DNA of 64,000 nucleotides from Candidatus Poribacteria bacterium (GCA_965205065.1 CBDBFT010000001.1:1888744-1952743); one strand, 5' to 3'; shown: positions 31,819 to 41,763, numbered from the stretch's first letter. Made by a program: numbers and translations. The notes: generated by a model not told the origin, from the sequence alone.

Positions 31819-33303
31819 GTGGATAGTTTAAAGAACATTGAAAGCCTTCTCTATTTCATTCCGGAGATACTTCTCGTCGTCTTCGCTGCTGCTGTTATTA
31901 TCCTTGATCTCATCGTAAAAGACCGTGAAAGTGATAAAGTCGCATATCTGGCACTTGTCGGACTCGGATGCTCCTTATTGGCTATTCTCATCACTAATTC
32001 TATTATCGGTACTGATGAACCGATAAACCTTTTCTTAGGGATGATTCGGTTGGATGAATTCGCCATATTTTTCAAGATTCTCCTGATATTAGCAACCTCT
32101 GCAACTATTCTTTTTTCTCTCCGTTCTGAAGAGCTTGATGTCAAACTAAAGGGTGAGTATTATGCATTGCTGTTAGCTGTTACCTTCGGGATGTTCCTGA
32201 TGGCATCGTCAACCAATCTGCTGATGATATTCATCTCATTAGAAACGGTAAGCCTCACCTCCTACATCCTCGCTGGATTCCTAACGCATAATCCGCGTTC
32301 AAGTGAAGCAGCCTTCAAGTACATAACTTACGGTGCTGTAGCATCAGGAACAATGCTTTTTGGATTCTCCTTGATTTTCGGTATGACAGGAACAGGGGAT
32401 CTTGCAAAAATTGGTGATCAACTACCAGCAGTCCTCGATTCAGGTGAAGTAACAGCCCTCGGTCTTCTCATCGCGATAACATTCATACTTGCAGGTATCG
32501 GATACAAAATTGCTTCTGTCCCATTTCACATGTGGTCCCCCGATGTTTATGAAGGCGCGCCTATCCCTATAACAGCATTCCTATCTGTTGCTTCAAAAGC
32601 CGCTGGATTCGCACTTTTCCTCAGATTCTTTTCTTCAGGGTTTAAGGCACCAGGAATTCTGGATTCAGTTGATTGGGGATTATTATTGGCAGTCGTCTCG
32701 GCTCTCACAATGACTGTCGGGAACCTTGCTGCGCTTCCGCAACGTAATGTAAAACGTCTATTAGCGTATTCGAGCATAGCACACGGTGGATATCTATTGA
32801 TGGGGGGTGTGTTAATGACTTCTGAGACTTCTGATGGACTCAGTGCAATACTATTCTATCTTATAGTTTATCTCTTTATGAACTTAGGCGCATTTTACGT
32901 AGTAATCCTTGTCGCAAACGATTCAGGTAGTGAAATGATTGAGGGATTTCGTGGTCTCTCGTCTCGATCCCCGTTAGTCGCCTTTGCGATGTTAGTTTTC
33001 CTTGTTTCGTTAACTGGCATTCCTCCCGTTGCTGGTTTCTTCGGTAAATTCTTTCTGTTCAAGGCAGTCATTGACAGCGGTTTCTATTGGTTAGCGTTTA
33101 TCGGATTGTTAAACAGTGTCATCTCTCTCTATTACTACGCTCGTATTATCAAAACAATGTATTTTGAATCTGCTGACGAGACAGAGAGTTTCTACTCTAC
33201 AAAGAGTACATTAGTGCTTCTGACTGTATTTGTTATCCCCACGATTTTCATCGGTTTTCTAAATATCTTCTATTCCTTATCAGGAAACATCGCTCTACAA
33301 TAG
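31819..33303 (+). CDS. nuoN: NADH-quinone oxidoreductase subunit N
   Basis: SSEAAFKY, KIASVPFHMW.PDVYEGAP, KRLLAYSSIAH; GTG start. Confidence 0.97.
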   Translation: MDSLKNIESLLYFIPEILLVVFAAAVIILDLIVKDRESDKVAYLALVGLGCSLLAILITNSIIGTDEPINLFLGMIRLDEFAIFFKILLILATSATILFSLRSEELDVKLKGEYYALLLAVTFGMFLMASSTNLLMIFISLETVSLTSYILAGFLTHNPRSSEAAFKYITYGAVASGTMLFGFSLIFGMTGTGDLAKIGDQLPAVLDSGEVTALGLLIAITFILAGIGYKIASVPFHMWSPDVYEGAPIPITAFLSVASKAAGFALFLRFFSSGFKAPGILDSVDWGLLLAVVSALTMTVGNLAALPQRNVKRLLAYSSIAHGGYLLMGGVLMTSETSDGLSAILFYLIVYLFMNLGAFYVVILVANDSGSEMIEGFRGLSSRSPLVAFAMLVFLVSLTGIPPVAGFFGKFFLFKAVIDSGFYWLAFIGLLNSVISLYYYARIIKTMYFESADETESFYSTKSTLVLLTVFVIPTIFIGFLNIFYSLSGNIALQ

Positions 33304-33404
33304 TACACCCAGACCGATAAGGGATATCCTTATCAATGCAGAATGCCAAACGCGTATTCTCCCATAAGTCTCAATTTAAGGAAATGAATTTATTATTGGT
33401 GTGT

Positions 33405-33662
33405 CTTTAGTCCCGTAGGGACGATATGTTTATAGAAAACGTGTCTTGCACCCTCTTCAGTCCCGTAGGGACGATATGTTTATAGAAAACGTGTCTTGCA
33501 CCCTCTTCAGTCCCGTAGGGACGATATGTTTATAGAAAACGTGTCTTGCACCCTCTTCAGTCCCGTAGGGACGATATGTTTATAGAAAACGTGTCTTGCA
33601 CCCTCTTCAGTCCCGTAGGGACGATATGTTTATAGAAAACGGGTCCCGCACCCTCTTCAGTC
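33405..33662 (+). repeat. Tandem array, 5 x 50 bp, REP-like family C
   Basis: CTTCAGTCCCGTAGGGACGATATGTTTATAGAAAACGTGTCTTGCACCCT at 33405, 33455, 33505, 33555 and 33605; hairpin GTCCC-GTA-GGGAC; no unique spacers. Confidence 0.95.
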
Positions 33663-33685
33663 ATAAAATTTGGATAATGATTTTC

Positions 33686-33715
33686 TTGACACTAAGGTAT
33701 TTTCCATTGTATAAT
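33686..33715 (+). promoter_or_regulatory. Consensus sigma70 promoter
   Basis: TTGACA-18 bp-TATAAT, followed by a GGAGGTG RBS. Confidence 0.7.
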
Positions 33716-33737
33716 TTTAAATGGAGGTGATTAAATA

Positions 33738-34031
33738 ATGCAAAATGAAACAAATTCTCAGATACTTGAAAAAATTGAAGGTTTGTATGAGAAAATTGAT
33801 AATTTAGATAATAGAATTGATAGTTTAGATAATAAGATTGATGATCTGGATAAAGAGAATAAAAGTGAGCATAAAGAGTTGCACAAAAAAGTTTCTGTAC
33901 TTGAAGGCAAGCTTAGTATTATAGAAAAACTGGGTTATGCTATGTTTGTATCCGTACTTAGCATTGGCGGTATACTTTTATTTCAGATTTTCAAACTTAT
34001 TGCTGAGGTGTCTAAAATAACAAATGGTTAA
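33738..34031 (+). CDS. Small coiled-coil protein with C-terminal TM anchor
   Basis: Heptads KIDNLDN-RIDSLDN-KIDDLDK, then a TM segment; own promoter and RBS; AT-rich. Confidence 0.8.
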   Translation: MQNETNSQILEKIEGLYEKIDNLDNRIDSLDNKIDDLDKENKSEHKELHKKVSVLEGKLSIIEKLGYAMFVSVLSIGGILLFQIFKLIAEVSKITNG

Positions 34032-34129
34032 TTAAGCCTATGGGGCGATATCCTTATCAATGCAGAATACCAAACGCGTATTCTCCCATTAGGAAATCAC
34101 ACCGTTATGAATCGCGTTAATCTGGATTA

Positions 34130-36091
34130 TTAGGGTGACCGATTTGCAATACTGTTTTGTATGTCCCAAATCAGAACAGTACAGTCAGAGCTGACACTTG
34201 CCACTGTTTTCCCATCAGCAGAAAACACAACTGCATTTATACGACCTGTGTGCCCTACGTAAGAATGTAGTTTTTCACCTGTCTTAACGTCCAACACGTG
34301 AACCGAATGGTCATTATTCGTGCTGCATGCCAGAAAACTACCATCAGGAGAATAACGCAAAGAGGTTACTTGTCCTGCGACTTGAATGGGAGGTATGATT
34401 AACTCACCTATATTAAAATCCCATAAAAGAATTGTGCCATCAGAACTTCCGCTTGCAAGCGTTCTTCCATCAGGAGAAAATACGATTGCGTTGACACCAT
34501 CTTCATGTCCTGTGAACGTTCTGAGATGTTTGAATGACTGGACATGCCATATTTGAATGGACTTGTCTTGACTACAACTCACAAGCGTTTTACCATCAGG
34601 TGAAAAGGCAACAGCATTGACCCAGTCGGTATGTTCGCTAAAAGTTGCTAAACGTTCACCGATCAGATACAATTCACCTGTACGAATGTCCCACACACAA
34701 ACTGAATTGTCCTGATCGGGGTTTCTATTGATTTCAGGACGTCTTCGCTTCTGACCACCCGCACTTGCAAGCAAACGACCATCAGGAGAAAAGGCAACAG
34801 CATAGATATTATCTTTGTGTCCCGCAAAACTCCCAAGAAACCGTCCTGTTTGTGCATCCCAAATTCGCGCTTTCTGAGAACTGCCACCAGTAGCAATATA
34901 TTTCTTATCTTCAGAATACGCAACTGAATAGACATCAGAACGAGGTTCAGGAATAGTTTTAACAAGTTCACCCGTTTGCCAATTCCATATTTGGATGGCA
35001 GACTTTGTGCCAATTGTAACAGTTGAACTATCGGTATGAAATGCTGCAGTGTATATCTGCTTAGACGAGTGTCCTGAGATTGTCTGTGCCAGTTTTCCTG
35101 TGGTAACATCCCATATCTTCACTGAACCAGTATCATTTCCACTTGCAACTGTCTTTCCATCAGGAGAATATGCTATAGAATTATAATCTTCCCCATGTGC
35201 AAAGTTCTTCAGATGTTGCATCGGACTAACCTGCCATAAACTGATATAGATCCAGGCATCTGCAGCCGCGAGTCGCTTGCCATCGGGGGAGAAGTCTACA
35301 TAATCAAAATTCCCTTCTTGTGCTTTATCAATAGAAAGCTGCTTAGTCGTTTCTATGTTCCAGAATTGGAGTGGGGAATCTCCTGCACATGCTAACGTTT
35401 TGCCATCAGGTGAAAGTGATGCAACTGTAAAGTATTCATCGTGTAACAGAACATCTTTGATACTTTCACCCGATTTGACATTCCAATACTCAATATAGAA
35501 TTCGTCCTTTTCCCAGTTACCGATAGTTTTGAGGACCTTTTCATCAAGGGAGAATGTAAGAGAAAAGATAGTTGAAGCATCAGACAGGATGGTATGTTTA
35601 ACTTTTCCCGATGCCAAATCCCAAATAAAAACCTTACTTCTTGCGTTGCAACTTGCGAGCATCTTTCCAGATGAACTAAAGACTAACATTTCAACATCGT
35701 CTTCGTGGCCATCTAAGGTTGCGATGGATTGTCCTGAGTCTGTTTTCCACAATATGATAGTTCCGTCTGTACTCCCTGTGGCGAGCGTCTCTCCATCAGT
35801 ACTAAACACCATTGACTTCACAGGACTTGAATGCTCTGTAAGAAGACCAACTACTGCGCCTGATGGGATGTCATAAATCCAAATACCGATTGATGTTGCG
35901 ACGGCAATACGTTTTCCATCTGGAAAATACTTTAGTTGATGTATTTTACCTTTGCCAATACGAGATTTCGCACCAGTCGGTAGATTTAAGTGAAAATATT
36001 CTTGTGAGAACGCAGTATTAAGCATAGGTGTAAATAGATAGAATGTAGAGATTATCGGTAAAAATGTCAGGATAAGATTCAATGTTTTCAT
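34130..36091 (-). CDS. WD40-repeat beta-propeller protein (probably two propellers, exported)
   Basis: About 14 GH...V..VAFSPDG..LASGS.D.TI.LWD-type repeats; N-terminal hydrophobic leader and LP.GAKSR.GKG motif. Confidence 0.9.
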   Translation of the reverse strand: MKTLNLILTFLPIISTFYLFTPMLNTAFSQEYFHLNLPTGAKSRIGKGKIHQLKYFPDGKRIAVATSIGIWIYDIPSGAVVGLLTEHSSPVKSMVFSTDGETLATGSTDGTIILWKTDSGQSIATLDGHEDDVEMLVFSSSGKMLASCNARSKVFIWDLASGKVKHTILSDASTIFSLTFSLDEKVLKTIGNWEKDEFYIEYWNVKSGESIKDVLLHDEYFTVASLSPDGKTLACAGDSPLQFWNIETTKQLSIDKAQEGNFDYVDFSPDGKRLAAADAWIYISLWQVSPMQHLKNFAHGEDYNSIAYSPDGKTVASGNDTGSVKIWDVTTGKLAQTISGHSSKQIYTAAFHTDSSTVTIGTKSAIQIWNWQTGELVKTIPEPRSDVYSVAYSEDKKYIATGGSSQKARIWDAQTGRFLGSFAGHKDNIYAVAFSPDGRLLASAGGQKRRRPEINRNPDQDNSVCVWDIRTGELYLIGERLATFSEHTDWVNAVAFSPDGKTLVSCSQDKSIQIWHVQSFKHLRTFTGHEDGVNAIVFSPDGRTLASGSSDGTILLWDFNIGELIIPPIQVAGQVTSLRYSPDGSFLACSTNNDHSVHVLDVKTGEKLHSYVGHTGRINAVVFSADGKTVASVSSDCTVLIWDIQNSIANRSP

Positions 36092-36144
36092 AACGATTCA
36101 AACTCCTTGAAACTTTGTCTTGTCTAAATCTTAGCTGCTGCATT

Positions 36145-36307
36145 TATAGTGAACTTTAGAATTAACGGAACATTTTGAGTTGTAGGAGGCCAGTTAACAT
36201 ATTTCTGGCCGATTCCCGACTATCCGTGAGTTTCGTCGCGATTCGGCCAGTTAAATATAGTTGGGCTCCTACAGAAATGTGTCTCTTTAATTTCAATGTT
36301 TACTATA
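36145..36307. mobile_element. TA-flanked MITE (TATAGT...ACTATA) carrying a GTAGGAG...CTCCTAC hairpin pair
   Basis: Imperfect TIRs; homologous to 54446-54580; removing it restores a TAA stop for the adjacent WD40 gene. Confidence 0.75.
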
Positions 36308-38119
36308 TTTTGGCACATCCCATAACAGTACTGTACTGTCCCATCCTGCTGTAGCGAGGGTATTACCATCAGGTGAATACGACAAAAACCAGGTTCCATT
36401 TTTATGTCCAGAATATGTTTGCATTAGATCTCCTGTATCTGTATCCCAAAAACGAATTTTTCCATCCGCATGTTGGCTAACAAATGTTTGTCCATTCGGA
36501 GAGTATTCTAAATAGTATGCATTTGGTAGAGAACTGATAGTTCTCAGGGGTTCATCCTCACCAAAATTCCAAATGCTGATGCATCCAAATTGGTCAGGAC
36601 GACCAATACCCACAAAGGTCTTCCAATCTGGTGAGACGACCACTTCGTAAGCACTGAGTTCCTGTATTATGTTTTCAGAAGATATATCCCAGAAACATGT
36701 ACCAGAATCACTTGTACTCATAAGCATTTTACCATCTGGAGAGAACGCCAAAGCACTGATAGCATCACCGTTCCAGTCAAATTCCCTTAATGTCTTACCT
36801 GTATTCACATCCCATACGAAGATAGTACCATCTGCACCACCCCCTGCAAGTATCTCCCCATCAGAACTGAAATTTGCCACCACAAAACCGTTCTTCCGTC
36901 CTGTGAAAACACGTCCATGTTCAAACGTGTTCGTATCTAAAAAGAAAACTGTATTATATCCGGTACAAGCGAGTGTTTCACCGTCAGGTGAATATACGAC
37001 ACTACTGATATTGCCTCCTTCAGGGTTGTAATAGGTTTTTGTCAGTCTACTTAAATGTATGTCCCAGAAATAGATCCTCGGACCGTTGGTCAACGTAACA
37101 ACTTTGCTCCCATCTGGTGAATATGTCATATCACGAAACATTTGTGCGTAACCATTCAGTGTGCGTATGGAGGTATCGGTTGCTACATCCCAAAACATAA
37201 TTCTACCATCATCGCCTTTATATACCAGTGTATTCCCATCGGGAGAAAAGATTATATGATCAGTCGTATCTGGTGGTGCATTAATGGTCTTAAGATGTTC
37301 ACCTGTATCCACATCCCAATACTGAATCAGATCGTCCCCGTAGTTAATGCCCACGAGTTTTCTCCCATCCGGATGAAATATTACTGATTCAACGCCATAT
37401 CCTACTTCTTCGGATTCTCCTTTCGTAGTTATATTGGTCTTAAGATGTCCTGTGTCCGGTTCCCACAACCGAATTGTTCCATCCTGGCTACTGCATGCCA
37501 AAATCTCACCATCAGGAGAATATGCAATGGAATACACATCTGCTGTGTGCCCCGTTAACGATCTTAGGAATTCACCTGTAGATGAATTCCACAGATGAAT
37601 CATACCATCTCTGTGCCCGTGGCTTGCAAGCGTTTTACCGTCTGGTGAAAAAATCACATCTGAAACCCCATCTGCATGACCAGCAAACGTCAGAAGTTCT
37701 TCACCAGCGGACACATCCCACAACCGAATTGTATCATCGTCACTACCACTCACAATAGTTTGACCGTCTGGACTAAACGCAACTGAATTCACTGCGTCAA
37801 GGTGTCCACTAAGCGTCTTTATAAGTTGTCTGGTTTGTGTTTCCCACAGAAGTATTGTGTTGTTATCGCCATCACTTGCGAATATTTGATTATCAGGACT
37901 GAAAACCACTGTAGAAGTTCCAGACATGTGTTCTGTTATCAGATTGAGTTCTTCACCTGTGCGCGCATCATAAATCCGTATACCGATTGTAGTAGATGCT
38001 GCAAGCAGTGTCCCATCAGGTGAATATGTCATATCAAAGATAAAACCTTTTCCAAGACGAGATTTTGCACCTTCAGGTAATTTCCATTTTGTTGAATCCT
38101 GACCAAGGTTGTTTTGCAT
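36293..38119 (-). CDS. WD40-repeat beta-propeller protein
   Basis: LPEGAKSRLGKG leader and many SPDG/WD repeats; paralogous to 34130-36091. Confidence 0.9.
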   Translation of the reverse strand: MQNNLGQDSTKWKLPEGAKSRLGKGFIFDMTYSPDGTLLAASTTIGIRIYDARTGEELNLITEHMSGTSTVVFSPDNQIFASDGDNNTILLWETQTRQLIKTLSGHLDAVNSVAFSPDGQTIVSGSDDDTIRLWDVSAGEELLTFAGHADGVSDVIFSPDGKTLASHGHRDGMIHLWNSSTGEFLRSLTGHTADVYSIAYSPDGEILACSSQDGTIRLWEPDTGHLKTNITTKGESEEVGYGVESVIFHPDGRKLVGINYGDDLIQYWDVDTGEHLKTINAPPDTTDHIIFSPDGNTLVYKGDDGRIMFWDVATDTSIRTLNGYAQMFRDMTYSPDGSKVVTLTNGPRIYFWDIHLSRLTKTYYNPEGGNISSVVYSPDGETLACTGYNTVFFLDTNTFEHGRVFTGRKNGFVVANFSSDGEILAGGGADGTIFVWDVNTGKTLREFDWNGDAISALAFSPDGKMLMSTSDSGTCFWDISSENIIQELSAYEVVVSPDWKTFVGIGRPDQFGCISIWNFGEDEPLRTISSLPNAYYLEYSPNGQTFVSQHADGKIRFWDTDTGDLMQTYSGHKNGTWFLSYSPDGNTLATAGWDSTVLLWDVPKYSKH

Positions 38120-38289
38120 AGTAGATTTTCCTTACTGTAGACCGTCGCCAGATAAAATCCTATTGATTAATTCAACATCGTTATTATGCATCTAAGTCCT
38201 CTAAAAAACGTATACATCTATTTAAAGACGCGTATTTTGAGAGAAAAGGTTGCATGTACGAGTGAAGAGTGGAAAAGGAATGCGTTGCG

Positions 38290-38829
38290 CTACAAAACAA
38301 ACCACATACCTATATGTGCTGTTAAAATTCCGAGAAGAGCACCAGCAAGAACATCTGTAGGATAGTGCACACCGAGATACACGCGTGCTAAACCGACTAT
38401 TGATGCCCAGCAAAATACACCAATCTGTATACTTGGACTATGAAAAAAACTCGTGAGAAGAGTCATCATTAGAAAAGCAGATGTCGTATGTCCGGATGGA
38501 AAACTAAATTCATCGGGGGGTCTGACACGAAACTCAATATCATCAATCTTTTCAAAAGGTCTATCCCGTTTCATTGCTTGCTTCAAAAAGTGATAGAGAA
38601 ATCTTTCAATCGGAAATGCTATAAAGGCTGCATACACAAACGGTTTGCTGATTGATGCATCACAGTAGATATATATGTATAGGGTAATCAATGGATATAA
38701 ATAACCATTGGCACTCCAAGAGGTAATACGAAACAGACGACTGAGAAATCTTCTGTCTCCCCAGCCAAAAATACGGTGGAATAACAGCGTATCCCATCGA
38801 GTTACGTTATTGGTTAATTGTTTTAACAT
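38290..38829 (-). CDS. PAP2 family phosphatase
   Basis: K...KR.RP, SFPSGH, ARVYLGVHYPTDV. Confidence 0.9.
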   Translation of the reverse strand: MLKQLTNNVTRWDTLLFHRIFGWGDRRFLSRLFRITSWSANGYLYPLITLYIYIYCDASISKPFVYAAFIAFPIERFLYHFLKQAMKRDRPFEKIDDIEFRVRPPDEFSFPSGHTTSAFLMMTLLTSFFHSPSIQIGVFCWASIVGLARVYLGVHYPTDVLAGALLGILTAHIGMWFVL

Positions 38830-38968
38830 TGGAAAATAGCTTTATATCTGAAAAAAATGCTACAAAAAAAAAATACGATAATAGTAACGATAAATGCTAT
38901 ATTAGTATACAACATAACGTGGTATATTTCAAGTAAATTCCAAAATGAGACCTGATATACAAAACACT

Positions 38969-39157
38969 CAGAGTCATTCAATTGTCGCGTTTTCGCTGTT
39001 TCTTACAAATATAATCCAATTAACATAACAACTCCTCTTCTGTAGGAGGGAACTCCGCAAGCCGACTATAAAAGCGTTTAGTCGGCTTGCGGAGTTCCCT
39101 CCTACAGAAGAAACATATCTGAGTACATGCAATTTAAACGACAATTGAATACCTCTG
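38969..39157. mobile_element. 189-bp MITE with 19-bp TIRs, 10-bp target duplication and a perfect 33-bp internal inverted repeat
   Basis: TIRs CAGAGTCATTCAATTGTCG / CGACAATTGAATACCTCTG; TSD ACAAAACACT at 38959-38968 and 39158-39167; hairpin arms 39036-39068 and 39079-39111. Confidence 0.85.
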
Positions 39158-39166
39158 ACAAAACAC

Positions 39167-39195
39167 TTGACACAAAATTACGACAAGTGTAAGAT
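39167..39195 (+). promoter_or_regulatory. Sigma70-type promoter
   Basis: TTGACA-17 bp-TAAGAT, then an AGGAGGT RBS. Confidence 0.7.
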
Positions 39196-39214
39196 ACATG
39201 AGGAGGTAAAAAAG

Positions 39215-40207
39215 ATGATTGATCGACGCTCGTTCTTAAAATCATTGGCAGGATTAACTACCGGTATTATCATATCGTCATCAAATGTAGAAGGTCAGGA
39301 AGCAAAAACGACTAAAGACAGGCTTGGGACACTGTTACCGTTAAGAAAGTTCGGTAGGACAGGAGAAAACGTAACAATGCTGGGTGTCGGCGGGTGGCAT
39401 ATCGGTGAAATGTCAGAAACCGAAGCACAGAAAACTATTGAAACCGCTTTGGCAGGAGGCGTCCGTTTCTTTGACTCCGCAGAATCTTACCAAGCGGGGC
39501 GGAGCGAAAAACGTTTAGGAAAATTCCTTGTGCCAAAATACCGTGATATTGTCTTCATAATGAGTAAGTCAACTGCTCGCGATGCAGACAGTGCCAGAAA
39601 GCATCTGGAAGGCTCACTCAAACGTCTCAATACGGATCATCTCGATCTGTGGCAGGTACACGCCATCCGTAACCCAGAAGATGTTGATGTCAGGATCAAC
39701 AACGGTGTCTTTGATGTCATGGCGGAAGCAAAGGAGTCTGGAAAAGCACGTTTTATCGGATTCACCGGTCATACCAGTCCTTCCGCACATAAACGGGTAT
39801 TAGAAAAATCAGACATCTTTGATGCATGTCAATTGCCAGTTAACATTGCGGACATCAGCTATGAAAGTTTTATTGAAGGTGTTATACCAACGCTTGTTGA
39901 AAAGAACATCGGTGTCATAGGAATGAAGTCTTTGGCAAATGGTGGATTTTTCGGGGGATCCAGTCATGGAAAACACGGTCCGAATCCAAGAGTAGTGCCG
40001 AATCGTGTAAGTATACAAGAAGCAATCCGTTTTGTTTGGTCATTTCCTGTCAGTACACTTGTTACAGGACCTGATGACGCTGTACAGATGCAAGAGAAAA
40101 TAGATATCGCAAAGAAGTTTATAGGTATGGATGAACAAGAAAAGAGGAAACTTATAGACAAAGTCGCTGACATGGCGGGAACAACCGTCGAATTCTATAA
40201 GGCGTAA
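39215..40207 (+). CDS. Aldo/keto reductase with twin-arginine signal peptide
   Basis: IDRRSFLK Tat motif; LG.GG, FFDSAESY, SLKRL.TD.LDLWQVH, GK.RFIGFTGH. Confidence 0.9.
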   Translation: MIDRRSFLKSLAGLTTGIIISSSNVEGQEAKTTKDRLGTLLPLRKFGRTGENVTMLGVGGWHIGEMSETEAQKTIETALAGGVRFFDSAESYQAGRSEKRLGKFLVPKYRDIVFIMSKSTARDADSARKHLEGSLKRLNTDHLDLWQVHAIRNPEDVDVRINNGVFDVMAEAKESGKARFIGFTGHTSPSAHKRVLEKSDIFDACQLPVNIADISYESFIEGVIPTLVEKNIGVIGMKSLANGGFFGGSSHGKHGPNPRVVPNRVSIQEAIRFVWSFPVSTLVTGPDDAVQMQEKIDIAKKFIGMDEQEKRKLIDKVADMAGTTVEFYKA

Positions 40208-40219
40208 TCGCGTCATTAG

Positions 40220-40250
40220 TGGACAGTCCAAGTTTAACTTGGACTGTCCA
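40220..40250. terminator. Inverted repeat between convergent genes (possible terminator)
   Basis: TGGACAGTCCAAGTT-T-AACTTGGACTGTCCA; no U-tract. Confidence 0.4.
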
Positions 40251-40301
40251 ATCTCTAATCTACTCTTCATGCAGAACTTTACACCTCAAAATGACATGCG
40301 A

Positions 40302-41675
40302 CTACGGGAAATGTCTTGCCACTAAGGTCAGATCCAAGATATTTACAGAGCCATCACCATTAACATCAGCTTCAGGTGGTGCATTCTCATTACCGATATG
40401 AGACGCCACAAAGGTCAAGTCTAAAATATTGACCTTCCCATCTCCGTTTACGTCCCAGGGTCCTATTGAGGGTTCAGTGATTTCAGCGTTTTCAATAATC
40501 ACTGGCAACTCAACACCTGCAGCCTTTGCAATTATCACGTCAGTCAACAGAAGTTCTGATGCTTTGGCAGAAAGTACTTCAAATGTGATGCTGATAAGCG
40601 TACCATCTGCTGTAGATGCTGGCATATCTATAGATATATTTGCAAAACTGACCATATCTGTTACTTCAGGCGTTGGCACGGGTAGAAGTTCACCTTGTAA
40701 GTAAGTACCATGTTCTAACGATACAAAGCGGAGTGCTGTTGGATCAAAAGTTAAAACGCCTTGATATCCCATTACTTCCTGTCCATCAACAATATCAACA
40801 GTAATAGTGAGTTGTTCCCCTCGCCTTGGAGACTCTACAGATGCCGGTGAAACTTTGACTGTAACAGGAAGAACTAATTTAAAATTAAGAATAATGGCAA
40901 GTTCATCAATTGCTTCACGGGTTTGAAGCAGAAGTTGAACTTCTGTATCGCCTATAAATGTCATTACATCCATATCTTCATTCAGGAGTGTTATGAATCG
41001 TTCATCAATATTAGGCATAATTGTTTTCAATGTATCAGGATTCGTTACCACCGATTTGAGTAGTTCAGGCGTAATTTGATCTTGAATACCCGGTTTTCTC
41101 AACGTAGCCAGGATTGTCGGAAGAAGTGTCTTTATATCATCTCTTTCAAACAACGCAGCATGTGTTTCAGCAACGCGTTCAGCGAGTGAAAGCTCAGCAC
41201 GTCTCAGTAACTCTGTAAGCTCATCAATAGCATCAAGGTCCTGAAGTAAAGACTGAACGTCAGGGTCTCTCAGGAACGTCTGGATCTCTTCATCTTCCTT
41301 TAGCAAAGTGATAAATTCATCATCTATGTCTGGAATAAGAGTCTTGATAAATTCTGGATTATCTACGACAAGGTTTATGGTCGCAGGTATTAAATATTTT
41401 TGATTCTCAGGTCTTTTGATCTCCACCAAGACAACTGGGAATAATGCTTTAATGTCATCTCGTTGAAGAAAAGTTTGATATTTTTCAAAAACCTTCTCTG
41501 CCAGTGAAGGGGTCTGTTCCTGGTTATCTGAAGGGGTCTGTTCCTGGCTATCTGAATTGAACGCCAGAAATGAATATGAAAGAAAAGTAGATAGAAAGAT
41601 TGCCATCAACAGAAGTTTAGGCAATAAGGGTTTAGGTATAGAGATATTTTCCTTGATTTTATGATCTGAATACAT
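40302..41675 (-). CDS. Exported protein: two ~105-aa helical repeats + cohesin-like domain + dockerin-like domain
   Basis: Cohesin-like (GYQ..LTFDPTALRFVS, ADGTL.SITFEVL); dockerin duplicated DVNGDG.VNILDLT.VA; N-terminal hydrophobic segment. Confidence 0.8.
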   Translation of the reverse strand: MYSDHKIKENISIPKPLLPKLLLMAIFLSTFLSYSFLAFNSDSQEQTPSDNQEQTPSLAEKVFEKYQTFLQRDDIKALFPVVLVEIKRPENQKYLIPATINLVVDNPEFIKTLIPDIDDEFITLLKEDEEIQTFLRDPDVQSLLQDLDAIDELTELLRRAELSLAERVAETHAALFERDDIKTLLPTILATLRKPGIQDQITPELLKSVVTNPDTLKTIMPNIDERFITLLNEDMDVMTFIGDTEVQLLLQTREAIDELAIILNFKLVLPVTVKVSPASVESPRRGEQLTITVDIVDGQEVMGYQGVLTFDPTALRFVSLEHGTYLQGELLPVPTPEVTDMVSFANISIDMPASTADGTLISITFEVLSAKASELLLTDVIIAKAAGVELPVIIENAEITEPSIGPWDVNGDGKVNILDLTFVASHIGNENAPPEADVNGDGSVNILDLTLVARHFP

Positions 41676-41763
41676 AACAGTGCCTCCGCAATCACAGATT
41701 AAACTATGATTGAATAAAAGTCCTATATTTCTGATGTGATATTCTTATATTGGTAATGTGGTG

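Noticed and set aside
33405..33662. CRISPR array (50-bp period)
   Set aside because: The putative spacers are identical or nearly so; this is a tandem amplification of a dispersed repeat.
33323..34089. Integron cassette with attC sites
   Set aside because: The flanking repeats lack RYYYAAC/GTTRRRY boxes, and no integrase is present in the window.
34130..38119. Diversity-generating retroelement target/template pair in the WD40 genes
   Set aside because: There is no reverse transcriptase and no near-identical repeat pair differing at adenines; the similarity is ordinary WD40 periodicity.
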